DNA of 63,235 bases, counting the filler. It is 4 parts of 4 records of this genome, joined end to end, with 100 filler letters (N's around TTAATTAATTAA, not from the genome) between each part and the next. Parts side by side here need not be neighbours in the genome. Positions count along the whole stretch, not along the records: positions 5,920 to 36,411 come from SRR31156797_30324; positions 36,512 to 48,481 come from SRR31156797_30327; 2 more parts are not named here. The stretch is one strand, 5' to 3'. This document shows, piece after piece, positions 29,052 to 38,838 of the stretch (positions are counted from its first letter, which is position 1; each line of letters opens with the position of its first letter). The notes beneath the pieces were generated by a model that ran no database searches, was not told the origin of the DNA, and saw only the letters and a program-made list of their open reading frames with translations. The position numbers and the translations under genes are program-made.

Positions 29052-30041
29052 ATGAAAATTGCAGTTATCGGAGCCGGGGCATGGGGAACCACCCTTGCGA
29101 ATACTCTGGCTAAAAAAGGACATGACACCCACCTCTGGGTCCGCGAAAAAGAGCTTTGCGACGAGATAAGCAAAACCGGGTACAACTCAGTATTTCTGCC
29201 TGATTTCAAACTTTGCCCGGACCTGAAATGCAGCAGCGATCCGCAACAGGTTATGCAGGGAGCTGACTATTTTCTGCTTGTGGTACCAAGCCAGTTCCTG
29301 CGCAGTGCCCTTGCTGATATGAAGCAGTACTTCCCGCAAAATCCGGCTGTAGTCTGCGCCAGCAAAGGCATTGAACTGAACACCGGGGCTCCCATGTCAG
29401 AGGTGGTCCATGAATCATTGGAGGGTCTTAATCCCAGATTCGCACATCTCTCCGGACCGACCTTCGCTTACGAGCTCAGTGCCGAGCTTCCGACCTCCAT
29501 CGTGCTCGGCTGTGAAGAGGAAAAGTTGGCCACAGAAATACAGGACATTTTCTCTACTCCGTATTTACGAATCTACACCAACCCCGATTACCGGGGAGTA
29601 GAGCTGGGCGGTGCCATAAAAAACATCATGGCCATTGCCGCAGGTATGGCCGACGGGTTGAAATTCGGGCATAATACACGTGCAGCCCTGATTACCCGTG
29701 GAATTGCCGAGATGAGCAGACTGGGTGAGGCCATGGGCGCACAGACTTCGACCTTCATGGGACTTTCAGGCATGGGCGACCTTGTGCTGACCTGTACCGG
29801 GGACCTTTCCCGCAACAGGCAGGTCGGCCTCAAACTCGGACAGGGGATGAAGCTGGGCGAAATCCTGAAAATGCGCATGGTGGCTGAGGGAGTGAAAACA
29901 ACCGAATCGGTTCACTTTCTGGCTCAAAAACTGGGTGTGGAGCTACCCATAACCGAACAGGTTTACAAAATTCTTTACGAAGACAAAGATCCCGCCACAG
30001 CGGTACGCGACCTGATGACTCGCGACCTCAAGGCGGAATAA
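29052..30041 (+). CDS. gpsA: NAD(P)H-dependent glycerol-3-phosphate dehydrogenase
   Basis: GAGAWG, SKGIE, SGPTFA, GAIKN, GDLVLTC..SRN, EGVKT. Confidence 0.96.
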   Translation: MKIAVIGAGAWGTTLANTLAKKGHDTHLWVREKELCDEISKTGYNSVFLPDFKLCPDLKCSSDPQQVMQGADYFLLVVPSQFLRSALADMKQYFPQNPAVVCASKGIELNTGAPMSEVVHESLEGLNPRFAHLSGPTFAYELSAELPTSIVLGCEEEKLATEIQDIFSTPYLRIYTNPDYRGVELGGAIKNIMAIAAGMADGLKFGHNTRAALITRGIAEMSRLGEAMGAQTSTFMGLSGMGDLVLTCTGDLSRNRQVGLKLGQGMKLGEILKMRMVAEGVKTTESVHFLAQKLGVELPITEQVYKILYEDKDPATAVRDLMTRDLKAE

Positions 30042-30056
30042 CCAAAGGAGTGTTGA

Positions 30057-30335
30057 ATGAAAAAAATTCTTTTGCTGACCGCGGCCTTATTGATGCTCGG
30101 TGGATGCGGATCATGGCATAACCCGAACATTGCCGACCCGGCCAAGGAAAAGGAGATTTTCAAACGCGACCGGGAGTTCTGCGAAAATCAGAACCAACAA
30201 AATGTTCCTGTAGGCGCACAAACAGACGACGCACCGCCGGAACCGACCACCTACGAAGCCGAGTTTTCCGAAAACTATGCATATGAAACTACATTTGAAA
30301 AATGCATGAAAAGACGCGGCTGGATTAAAAAATAA
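30057..30335 (+). CDS. Small lipoprotein
   Basis: AAGGAG RBS; lipobox LGGC; D..FC / CM..RGW cysteine pair. Confidence 0.75.
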   Translation: MKKILLLTAALLMLGGCGSWHNPNIADPAKEKEIFKRDREFCENQNQQNVPVGAQTDDAPPEPTTYEAEFSENYAYETTFEKCMKRRGWIKK

Positions 30336-30342
30336 AAACATT

Positions 30343-30378
30343 AAAAATCCCCTTCGTAAGATAACGGAGGGGATTTTT
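30343..30378 (+). terminator. Intrinsic terminator
   Basis: AAAATCCCCTTCGT..ACGGAGGGGATTTTT. Confidence 0.75.
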
Positions 30379-30409
30379 GCTTCCGCGTAACAGCTTGCTA
30401 TGATAAATA

Positions 30410-31243
30410 TTGAATATGCCTTGTAGAACTAAACGTCGACTTTTCAAGCAAGCGATCATCTTGCTGACCATACTTGTCCTCCTCCTGCCTCAGGTAACAA
30501 AAGCAGAGGAATCCCCTTTGCTGGTTTCCGGACAAATGGATTGGAGACCTTTCCTCATGAAAAACGATGCAGGAAAAGTCTACGGCCTGATGTATGAAAT
30601 ATTAGAAAAAGCAGCCCATGCAAATGGCTACACTCTGGAATACCGGGACATGCCTTGGAAAAGGGCTGTTGTTTCACTTGAAAAAGGCAGACTGGACATT
30701 ATCTGCGGCATCTTCTGGAATAAAAACCGAGCAAAGAATTTTATATTCTCTCCTCCTATCTTACGCAATGAATTGCATATCTTTACTAACAAGCCTTTCA
30801 AGCTTGAAAGGCTAATAGACCTGCAAGGTAAAACAGGAGATTATATAAGAGGCGGCAGTTATGGAGAAGCTTTTGACAAATTCATAGCATCCGGAAAGGC
30901 CCATTTCAACGCAGTAACTGACGACAAGACCGCCATAAACAGACTTGTAAGAGAATATTCCGATTTTTTCATCGGCACCTATATCGATACCACCATCAAA
31001 CTTTCTAAACGCGGACTAGCGCAATCCATCATAACCCTGCCCTATATAGTTGATACGGTGAATGTATACTTTGCCTATCCAAAAAAATCCAAAAAGAAAC
31101 ATTCATATGAACAGATAAACCGCACTCTTGGACAAATGCAGGCCAGCGGAGAAATAGCGGAACTCATTAATATATATTTCAGTGAAACAGAGATCAATCC
31201 CCGTAGAGTCATTTTTAGACCAGAAGAACTGCGTGGACACTAA
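30410..31243 (+). CDS. Periplasmic substrate-binding protein, family 3
   Basis: Signal peptide; WRPF, PWKRA...G..D, RG.SYG..F motifs. Confidence 0.8.
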   Translation: MNMPCRTKRRLFKQAIILLTILVLLLPQVTKAEESPLLVSGQMDWRPFLMKNDAGKVYGLMYEILEKAAHANGYTLEYRDMPWKRAVVSLEKGRLDIICGIFWNKNRAKNFIFSPPILRNELHIFTNKPFKLERLIDLQGKTGDYIRGGSYGEAFDKFIASGKAHFNAVTDDKTAINRLVREYSDFFIGTYIDTTIKLSKRGLAQSIITLPYIVDTVNVYFAYPKKSKKKHSYEQINRTLGQMQASGEIAELINIYFSETEINPRRVIFRPEELRGH

Positions 31244-32199
31244 AGCGGCTGACGCTTAGCCCTGTACTTTTCAATCAAGGTAATGGCCCGTCCGGTAAGC
31301 TCGTTAAACTCAGGTTTGGTAATCTGGTCGTCCGCTTTGACCGCTTCTCCCTTATGGTAAAGCCCTTTGGTAATAAGAGAAGAAAAAAGGATAACCGGCA
31401 GGCTAGAAAGATCTGCATGCTCCTTGATATTTCGAGTTAAAGTATAGCCGTCCATCTGGGGCATCTCAATATCTGAGACCACAATATCAATTACGTTATG
31501 AATTGAGCCACCGTCATCCTTGGCTTCAGCATTAATTTCTTTAAGCGCTTCCAAGGCTTCCTGTCCGTTTGTGTAGAGCTTGACCTCAAAATTAGCGGAT
31601 TCAAAATTTTTATTAAGCAAAGCGCGCACGGAAACAGAGTCGTCCACCAGAACTGCGGTCATTTTTTCCGGAGCAGTATAGACCTTACCATCGCTTCGCT
31701 CAGCCATTTCAGGATCAAGCTCACCCAAAATACGCTCAAGATCGATCATAAGAACAAAACGATCCTCAAGATGTACGGTCCCGGTAATGCAGTTGCTATC
31801 CAGATCCGCTATATATTTGTTGGGGGTCTTCAGATCTTGCCAGCCAATACGATGAATCTGGGTTACCCCGGTAACCAGAAACCCTGTTATTACGTTATTT
31901 ATCTCGGTAACCACAATAAGTTCATAATCGGACTCCTTGCGTTCAATGCCAAGCCAGACAGCCAGATCAATAACCGGAAGAATGATATCGCGTAGGGACA
32001 TGGTCCCCAGATAACTGGGATGGGGCGCACCTTCAGCAGCCTCAAGCCCTTTAGGGGCCTCGACAACTTCAAGCACTTTTGCCACATTTATACCGAAATA
32101 ATCACGCTCATTAGCGCCTCCGCCAATCTCATCTATGAAAAATTCTATAATTTCGAACTCATTCGTCCCGGTATCCAGCAATATTTCATTATCCAGCAT
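31240..32199 (-). CDS. cheV: Chemotaxis protein CheV (CheW plus receiver domain)
   Basis: TGTNE.E, FGINVAKV.E, VDDS, SDIEMPQMDG, FSSL. Confidence 0.9.
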   Translation of the reverse strand: MLDNEILLDTGTNEFEIIEFFIDEIGGGANERDYFGINVAKVLEVVEAPKGLEAAEGAPHPSYLGTMSLRDIILPVIDLAVWLGIERKESDYELIVVTEINNVITGFLVTGVTQIHRIGWQDLKTPNKYIADLDSNCITGTVHLEDRFVLMIDLERILGELDPEMAERSDGKVYTAPEKMTAVLVDDSVSVRALLNKNFESANFEVKLYTNGQEALEALKEINAEAKDDGGSIHNVIDIVVSDIEMPQMDGYTLTRNIKEHADLSSLPVILFSSLITKGLYHKGEAVKADDQITKPEFNELTGRAITLIEKYRAKRQPL

Positions 32200-32407
32200 A
32201 TGGTGACTCCCTCAAAAATCAGTCCCGAATCCTGCTCAATATCCGCGTAGACTTCTATTGTAAATGCCCGCACGTACTATTTCAAGGTATTACCCTTTTT
32301 TTGAAAATAAATACACAAATTCTTGATCTTCACGAAACGCCAATTCAATTAAAGCGCCTTGTGATTGCTAGGGCATACTTATTGATATACAACTGATTCA
32401 GCCTACC

Positions 32408-33070
32408 GTGTATACAACTAAAGGGGTACTTATGTTAAAAAAATCCGGCCTTGTAAAACTATTATGTTTCTGTCTGTTCATATTTTTATACGGCTGCGCC
32501 GCTCATGAAACCAAGCCGGCTGTACCTATAACTGTATTCAACCCTAGCCCTGGATCATTTAATATTCAGGTTATACTTTTCGATCTCAAAGGAAACGGAC
32601 TCCCGCAAAAAGTTGAATCCGGGGTCGTTCCTATAGAGCAGAACTTAATTCAAGCTCTTGCAGGAATCGGCTACAGCTACGATCCTGATGGGAATGCTAA
32701 TTACCAGATTGAAGCACGCATCGGTTCCATTTCGCCAAAACTTGCCGCCACAGGGGAATCCCAGCGGGTCGGATTTGCTTATGAAGGATTCTACGGCGAT
32801 CCCTTTTTCGCTGATTACCCGGTATTGATTAATGAATGGACCCCGGAAATACAGCGTATCCGCAGCGGCCCCAACACCTGTTTCATCACTATGCAAATTC
32901 TGATCAAAGAATCAAAAGCCGGGCGAGACTCCGTTGTATATCATGGAACCCCGCGGCCCATGGAAGTTCCGTATGAACTGGGGTGTCCTTTTTCAAAATG
33001 TGGACAGGGGACCAATCAGGCACTCACTGCTTACCTGTTGGATATTTTTTCCAGATCAGCTCACAATTAA
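32408..33070 (+). CDS. Hypothetical lipoprotein
   Basis: Lipobox LYGC; true start may be ATG 32432. Confidence 0.65.
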   Translation: MYTTKGVLMLKKSGLVKLLCFCLFIFLYGCAAHETKPAVPITVFNPSPGSFNIQVILFDLKGNGLPQKVESGVVPIEQNLIQALAGIGYSYDPDGNANYQIEARIGSISPKLAATGESQRVGFAYEGFYGDPFFADYPVLINEWTPEIQRIRSGPNTCFITMQILIKESKAGRDSVVYHGTPRPMEVPYELGCPFSKCGQGTNQALTAYLLDIFSRSAHN

Positions 33071-33261
33071 GCCAATATACAAACTTGCAAGAATCTAAAC
33101 AGATCAATATACTCGCCCCTCTTTAAGGAAAAAGGAATCCCCTATGCGGGGGGACGAGGAATCTGTGCTGCTGCCGTTTTTTTTCGAACAGCCGCCACGT
33201 TCCCGGACAAAAAAGAACTAAAATTCAAGCTCTTGAATTAAGGAATAAGGGAAGGTAAGGA

Positions 33262-34944
33262 GTGGAGATTAATCGCCCGTGGCTGGATCACTATGATTCG
33301 GATGTGCCTCAAACTGTGGATTTTGTATATCGGCCGTTATTTGAATATCTGGACCTGACAGCTGAAAAATGGCCCAAGCGCAAAGCCATTGAATTTCAGA
33401 ACTGGTCAATTACCTACGGCAAGCTGCAGCGCGAAGTAGAAATCATGGCTGCCAACCTACGCAAGCTAGGAATTGAACCGGGAGACCGGATCGCCATCAT
33501 GCTGCCCAACACCCCGCAGATGATCATGACCTACTTTGCCATTCTCAAGGCCGGAGGCGTCGTCACCCTGACCAACCCGCTGTACATGGAAACTGAGATA
33601 GTCCATCAACTCAGCGATTCCGGGGCCAAGATGCTGATCACCATCGACCTGCTCTGGTCCAAGATCGAAAAGCTGCGTGACAAACTTCCGGTACGCAAAT
33701 ATCTGGTCACCAGAATTTCCGACACACTTAAATTTCCCCTGAACGGTCTCTACAAACTTAAATGTATGCGGGAAAAGAATTCTCCCAAAGTACCTTACAA
33801 TGATTCCTCAGTGCTCAAATGGAACATCCTCAGAGCAGGCAAGGAACGTTACAGTGCCTCCAACATAAGACCCGAAGACACCGCCCTGCTGCAATATACA
33901 GGCGGAACTACCGGACTGTCCAAGGGTTGCAACCTAACCCACGCCAACCTCGGAGCAAACGTGCAGCAGGCCCATGCCATGCTCAGCACCCTTGGAGATG
34001 AAAAAGAGATTGTTATGGGCATCCTGCCCTATTTCCACATCTATGGCCTGACAGTCTGCCTGAACTTCCCGACCATGCTCGGTGCGACGATGGTACCCTT
34101 CCCACGCTACGTGCCTCTGGATGTACTCAAAACCATGCACAAGCTGAAGCCAACCCTTTTCCCGGGTGCCCCGGCCCTGTACATTTCCCTGCTGCAGCAG
34201 AAGGAAGTGGAAAAGTACGATGTGAAGTCAGTCAAATACTGTCTGTCCGGTTCTTCCCCCATGCCGGTGGAAGGAATCAAGGAATTCAAAGAAGTTTTCG
34301 GAGCGACTATCATTGAAGGATTCGGCCTTACCGAGGCCTCCCCGGTCACCCACCTCAACCCGCTGAACGGCAAGAAGAAGCCCGGTTCCATCGGCATGCC
34401 TTTGCCTTCCACAGATGCTGCCATCGTGGACATGGAGGTGGGCAGCGTCCAACTTCCTCCCGGAAAAATGGGTGAGCTTGTCATCCGCGGACCGCAGGTA
34501 ATGAAAGGCTATTACAACAAGCCTGATGAAACCGCGGGAACTTTGCGCAACGGCTGGCTCTACACCGGGGACATCGCCTACATGGATGAGGAAGGCTACT
34601 TCTACATTGTGGACCGCAAAAAGGATATGATCATCTCCAGCGGCTACAATATCTACCCTCGCGAAGTGGATGAAGTTCTCTACAAACATCCCAAGATTCA
34701 GGAAGCCGTTACCGTCGGCCTGCCCCACAAGACTCGTGGCGAAATTATCAAGGTCTACATTGTACTCAAAGAAGGCCAGAGCATGGACCGCGCTGAGGTT
34801 ATTGCCTACTGCCGCGATAAGCTTGCTGGATACAAGGTTCCCCGTCAGGTTGAATTCCGCAGTGATCTGCCTAAGACCATGGTCGGAAAAGTCCTGCGTC
34901 GCGCCCTGCGTGAAGAAGAAGCTAAGAAGAAAAAAAAGAAATAG
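33262..34944 (+). CDS. fadD: Long-chain fatty acid-CoA ligase
   Basis: QYTGGTTG..KG, EGFGLTEASP, TGD, DRKKD, VGKVLRR; AAGG RBS, GTG start. Confidence 0.85.
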   Translation: MEINRPWLDHYDSDVPQTVDFVYRPLFEYLDLTAEKWPKRKAIEFQNWSITYGKLQREVEIMAANLRKLGIEPGDRIAIMLPNTPQMIMTYFAILKAGGVVTLTNPLYMETEIVHQLSDSGAKMLITIDLLWSKIEKLRDKLPVRKYLVTRISDTLKFPLNGLYKLKCMREKNSPKVPYNDSSVLKWNILRAGKERYSASNIRPEDTALLQYTGGTTGLSKGCNLTHANLGANVQQAHAMLSTLGDEKEIVMGILPYFHIYGLTVCLNFPTMLGATMVPFPRYVPLDVLKTMHKLKPTLFPGAPALYISLLQQKEVEKYDVKSVKYCLSGSSPMPVEGIKEFKEVFGATIIEGFGLTEASPVTHLNPLNGKKKPGSIGMPLPSTDAAIVDMEVGSVQLPPGKMGELVIRGPQVMKGYYNKPDETAGTLRNGWLYTGDIAYMDEEGYFYIVDRKKDMIISSGYNIYPREVDEVLYKHPKIQEAVTVGLPHKTRGEIIKVYIVLKEGQSMDRAEVIAYCRDKLAGYKVPRQVEFRSDLPKTMVGKVLRRALREEEAKKKKKK

Positions 34945-34969
34945 CTTATTTCAAAAGATACCAACACCT

Positions 34970-35008
34970 AGAGCCTGCCTGTAATCATTACGGGCAGGCT
35001 TTCTTTTT
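34970..35008 (+). terminator. Intrinsic terminator
   Basis: AGCCTGCCTGTAA..TTACGGGCAGGCT followed by T-rich tail. Confidence 0.8.
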
Positions 35009-35109
35009 CTCAATTTGACAGCCATTTAATTACGGCGCATATTTACTAATAATTACAGATAACTATATCAATCTTGACACAATTCAACGCTCATTTTGCG
35101 AGGACTGAC

Positions 35110-35625
35110 ATGCAGGATAAACTCAAGACCGTCATCATGCAAAAAGGAATTCCCGGAACAATCACCCTGCTGCAAAAAGGTGTTTTTATCCATACGACTT
35201 CCGGCCTGAGTGTGCGGAAATTCATGGTCAATGAAATCGGTCTCAGTCCCGAGTATGCCGAGACAAGAGTTCGGGCGATTTTCGTAAACGGCTCTCCGGT
35301 GGATGATATTGACGGGGTCAAGATCAAGGAAGGTGACGAGGTTTCCCTTTCCGGTGCCCTGCCGGGAATCAGTGGTATCGCCATGTGCCGGGACACCCCA
35401 ATCGGAGCTTTCCGCAGCGACATCAGCGCCAAAACTTCCGACGCAGTAAGTTCCGGCGACGCAAAAATTTTTCTCAAGCTCTTCAACCTCATAGCGCAGG
35501 AGGCAGGTCCGACCCTGCTGAAAAAAGGTGTTATCGTGCAGGCTGAAGATGTGCAGAAAATTCTAAAAAACGGCGCGCCGAGAGGACTACCACCAGAAGG
35601 TGGTCCCATCCTGCTCAAAATATAA
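35110..35625 (+). CDS. Hypothetical protein with an internal ThiS/MoaD-like segment
   Basis: GAGGA RBS before ATG 35110; IFVNG..VDD....IKEGDEVSL. Confidence 0.6.
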   Translation: MQDKLKTVIMQKGIPGTITLLQKGVFIHTTSGLSVRKFMVNEIGLSPEYAETRVRAIFVNGSPVDDIDGVKIKEGDEVSLSGALPGISGIAMCRDTPIGAFRSDISAKTSDAVSSGDAKIFLKLFNLIAQEAGPTLLKKGVIVQAEDVQKILKNGAPRGLPPEGGPILLKI

Positions 35626-35704
35626 AAAGGTGGCCTTTGTTATTCCGATAATATACAAGCAGCAAAAAACGAAACAACCTCTAACCTGCTTTCGGAATCT
35701 CATA

Positions 35705-36343
35705 ATGAAAAAACTACTCTTAATATTCATTCTATCCTTATTAACTCTCACTGGATGCGCAGTAGGCAATAAATACGACTTAGCTACTGCGGTACCTGAA
35801 GTTTCGCACTCCTCAAATCAGGAAATTGCTCTGGGGGTACAGGATAAACGAAAATTTATTATTAACGGCGATAAAACTGAAACTTTCGTAGGTCTCCAGC
35901 GTGGCGGATTCGGTAACCCTTTCGATGTCACAACCCAAAGCGGCAAACCTCTTGCTGAAGATATTTTAACTGCCCTTGCTGCTGGAATGGAAAAACAAGG
36001 TTATAAAGTCAGTAGAGTAACCATATCCCCACTAACTAAGACAGCTACAGCTAAATCCAAATTATCTGCAGAACATAAAAACCGCTCCATACTTGTGTCT
36101 ATCCTCAATTGGAAATCTGATACAATGACCAATGTAGCCATGCATTACGATATTAAAGCTACAGTTTTCAATGAGTCCGGTTCACGAATGGCTGAGACCT
36201 CATTACATGGCTCAGACAACTTGGGCGGCAACTTTATGAATCCTCCTAAACACGCAATGAAAGTCGTTCCTGAAGCTTTGGAAGAACAGCTTGGCCGGAT
36301 AATTAATTCTCCCGCAATTTCGGATGCCCTGAACAAGGATTAA
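35705..36343 (+). CDS. Hypothetical lipoprotein
   Basis: MKKLLL..LTGC lipobox; VQDKR, RGGFGNPF. Confidence 0.75.
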   Translation: MKKLLLIFILSLLTLTGCAVGNKYDLATAVPEVSHSSNQEIALGVQDKRKFIINGDKTETFVGLQRGGFGNPFDVTTQSGKPLAEDILTALAAGMEKQGYKVSRVTISPLTKTATAKSKLSAEHKNRSILVSILNWKSDTMTNVAMHYDIKATVFNESGSRMAETSLHGSDNLGGNFMNPPKHAMKVVPEALEEQLGRIINSPAISDALNKD

Positions 36344-36378
36344 TTTCCCTCCCCAAACATAAAACCAAGACGGTTAAT

Positions 36379-36411
36379 AAAAAAGGGTTAGTCTCATATG
36401 AGACTAACCCT
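36379..36411. terminator. Inverted repeat / probable bidirectional terminator at contig end
   Basis: AGGGTTAGTCTCA-TA-TGAGACTAACCCT preceded by an A-run. Confidence 0.65.
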
Positions 36412-36511
36412 NNNNNNNNNNNNNNNNNNNNNNNNNNNNNNNNNNNNNNNNNNNNTTAATTAATTAANNNNNNNNNNNNNNNNNNNNNNNNNNNNNNNNN
36501 NNNNNNNNNNN
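36412..36511. other. Artificial contig linker
   Basis: N-run with TTAATTAATTAA. Confidence 0.98.
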
Positions 36512-38042
36512 TACGTTCCGTAATATCCTGAATAAAGGCGATAAAATACTCCTCCCCTTCATAACTCAAGGATTTGGCGGAGATCCCCACGGGGAATTGT
36601 GTTCCGTCTTTCCGTTTCCATATGGATTCAAATGTCATCTGGCCTTTACGTCTCAGTTCTTCGCGAAAAGTCGGCCAGGCATCTTGACCATAAAAAGGAT
36701 CAAAGTCGAAAACCGACAGATTGAGCAGCTCCTCCTGGCTGTATCCCAAAAGATTACATGTTTGCTCATTCACATAGACCATGGCAGCAGTGTCCGAGCG
36801 TAACCACTCGATGGCATCCGGCGCATTGTCAAAGGCAAACTTGGTAAAAGCCAGCTCCCGGGTGCGCTGTTTAACACGCTCTTCCAGCTCTTTATTGAAA
36901 CGAAGCAATTCCTCATCAAAGCGCTTTTTCCTGACAGTGCTCCAGATGCTCTCGGTTAAAATGGAAAGCATGTCGATATCGTATTGGTTATAGTCTTCCG
37001 GTTTATTGCCAACCCCGATGACCGCCACGATTTTCTCATTCTCAAAAATCGGCACGGCCAGTTCCCGCACAACTGGGACATGCCCGTGAGGGAGTCCTTT
37101 TTTGTGTGGGAGCCCCACGTAATCATTGTGAAAAACCGGCCGGCGCTGGCGGATGCAGTCCACCCAGACGCCTGCCTTTTCAATGGGGTAATGCCCGTCG
37201 GCCTCTTCCATAGAACAGACTTTAAGCGTGTCAAGGGACCAGTACTGCAAAGAGAGGGTTTTTTGATCGGGATTTACAAAATGAAAATAACCGATTGCAC
37301 TTTCGGTTAACGAAACCCCATCCTCCAGCCCGGCAGCAATAATTTCATCTTGTGACGACTGCTCCATCAACCGGGTCAATCGCAGAGAGGCTCTGCGCGC
37401 GTCCTCCACCTTTTTGCGGTCGGTAACATCATGCCCCTCAGCGATGAGGAAGGTGACATTCCCCATATGGTCATAAAAAGGCTTTATTGAAAAATCAACA
37501 TAACAACGCTTCCCCTCTGACGTAAGGTGATCTGCCTCAAATTGGTAAGGTTCGCCGCTTGAAGCCTTTTCAATTGCTTTGCGTAATCTTTGCTGCAAGT
37601 TGGGTGGATGGGACCACCATTTTGTTTCCCAAAATGGCTTGCCAAGCACATCGGATTTACATAATCCGGAAACATCAAGCGCGGCTTTATTTAGATCGAC
37701 TATGGTTCCATCGGTTTCCAACAATCCCACCAATTGGAAAGTCTGATCGAATATCGCTCTTGTTTTCTGTTCACTCGTGCGAAGCGCCTGTTCAGACTTA
37801 GATAAGTCTGCAAGGTTTCGATTGATCAAGTGATATAGCAAAATTGCTGTCGCTAGGACATAAAACCAGCCCTTGGCTGTTTGCACCAACAGTAATGTAT
37901 CTGTTCCGGTAACGAAAAATGATGCCAGCCGGTCCGAAAAAAGAATCCATAACACCCCTATAAAGCAATAAATCCCTGCTATTCTGACAGCTGGATGTTT
38001 TTTCATTTTCATGTCGCTTTCTATTTTTTTTTCGGTTTGCAT
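36512..38042 (-). CDS. Membrane PAS-GAF-PAS sensor, probably a kinase or cyclase (3' truncated)
   Basis: Two TM helices (WILFSD, QTAKGWF); PAS (LGKPFWET.WW..EG.DVT); GAF; LEERV..RT.EL coiled coil; second PAS. Confidence 0.85.
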
Positions 38043-38160
38043 GGCATTCTCATCTGGATGGAAGAGTTGAGTATAAAAAGACGAACTCAAAACAAGGGCT
38101 TGAGACAGGCTATATGCGTCTATGGAAATTTGTGTGCATTTCAGCTACAGGATCAAGAAA

Positions 38161-38307
38161 TTAGTAGCGGCTCTCGGCAAGGCTCTCCATCCTGGTAGCG
38201 ATATTCACCCTGTCCCTGTGGATCCGTTCTGTTTTTCAAAGGACGTCGCCGAGGTTGATCTCGATTCGGAATCTAACCATAGGTGTTTCAGGAAATGCTT
38301 CATTAAG
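38161..38307 (-). pseudogene. Decayed class III adenylate/guanylate cyclase fragment
   Basis: LNEAFPETPMVRFRIEINLGDVL*KTERIHRDRVNIATRMESLAE versus consensus FRIGINLGDV....IYGDGVNIAARLESLAE; internal TGA at 38236-38238. Confidence 0.75.
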
Positions 38308-38342
38308 AAAGCCGGGCGGCGTCTTGTCACTGTGACGACGTG

Positions 38343-38465
38343 ACGTCCGGCAATCCGGCTATTGTTCAGAGACAGGTTTCTTTAGAAGAGATTCAACAGG
38401 CGAATATCAAGAGCCGTGGCTTTCCGTCCTCATCTCACGATGGATTTGGCTTTATATGGAAGAAG
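38343..38465 (-). ncRNA. c-di-GMP-I (GEMM-I) riboswitch
   Basis: Minus strand AAAGCCAAATCCATC-GTGA-GATGAGGACGGAAAGCCACGGCTCT...ATAGCCGGATTGCCG matches the GEMM-I core (GNRA loop in P2, GACGSAAAGC junction, AGCCGGRTTGCC 3' strand). Confidence 0.8.
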
Positions 38466-38838
38466 TGCTGACCTCCCAACAGGCAAAATGTGCCCATCAG
38501 GAGCAGGGCTTATACATCTTGAGGTGAATTTGCATGGGGTAACCTCCCGTATAAAGGTTTTATGTCGAGTGGTTAGACCTAATAGATATAATGACAAAAA
38601 TTGGCTTATGTCAAGGAAAATCAGATTTTCATTCAGGGATCTTTAAGCGATGCATTCCCTGAATAAGACTCCAATTTTGTATCAGTGGATTTCCAAGGCG
38701 GGTTGGGCTGTAATCAAAATGTGAAAATACCATTGGCACAAAAATCCCGAAGGACTGCATTTGCTGCCGATCTATAGGCCTGTTGGAAAATTTTCTTGTG
38801 TTTTGTGACAGGGTTCTGGGAAATGGTTGCCCTAACAG

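Noticed and set aside
33112-33215. GC-rich pairing (CTCGCCCC..GGGGACGAG) in the acyl-CoA ligase leader
   Set aside because: No recognisable riboswitch core; not distinguishable from chance
38236-38238. In-frame TGA as possible selenocysteine
   Set aside because: Not at a conserved Cys position, and surrounding conserved glycines are also mutated, which indicates decay
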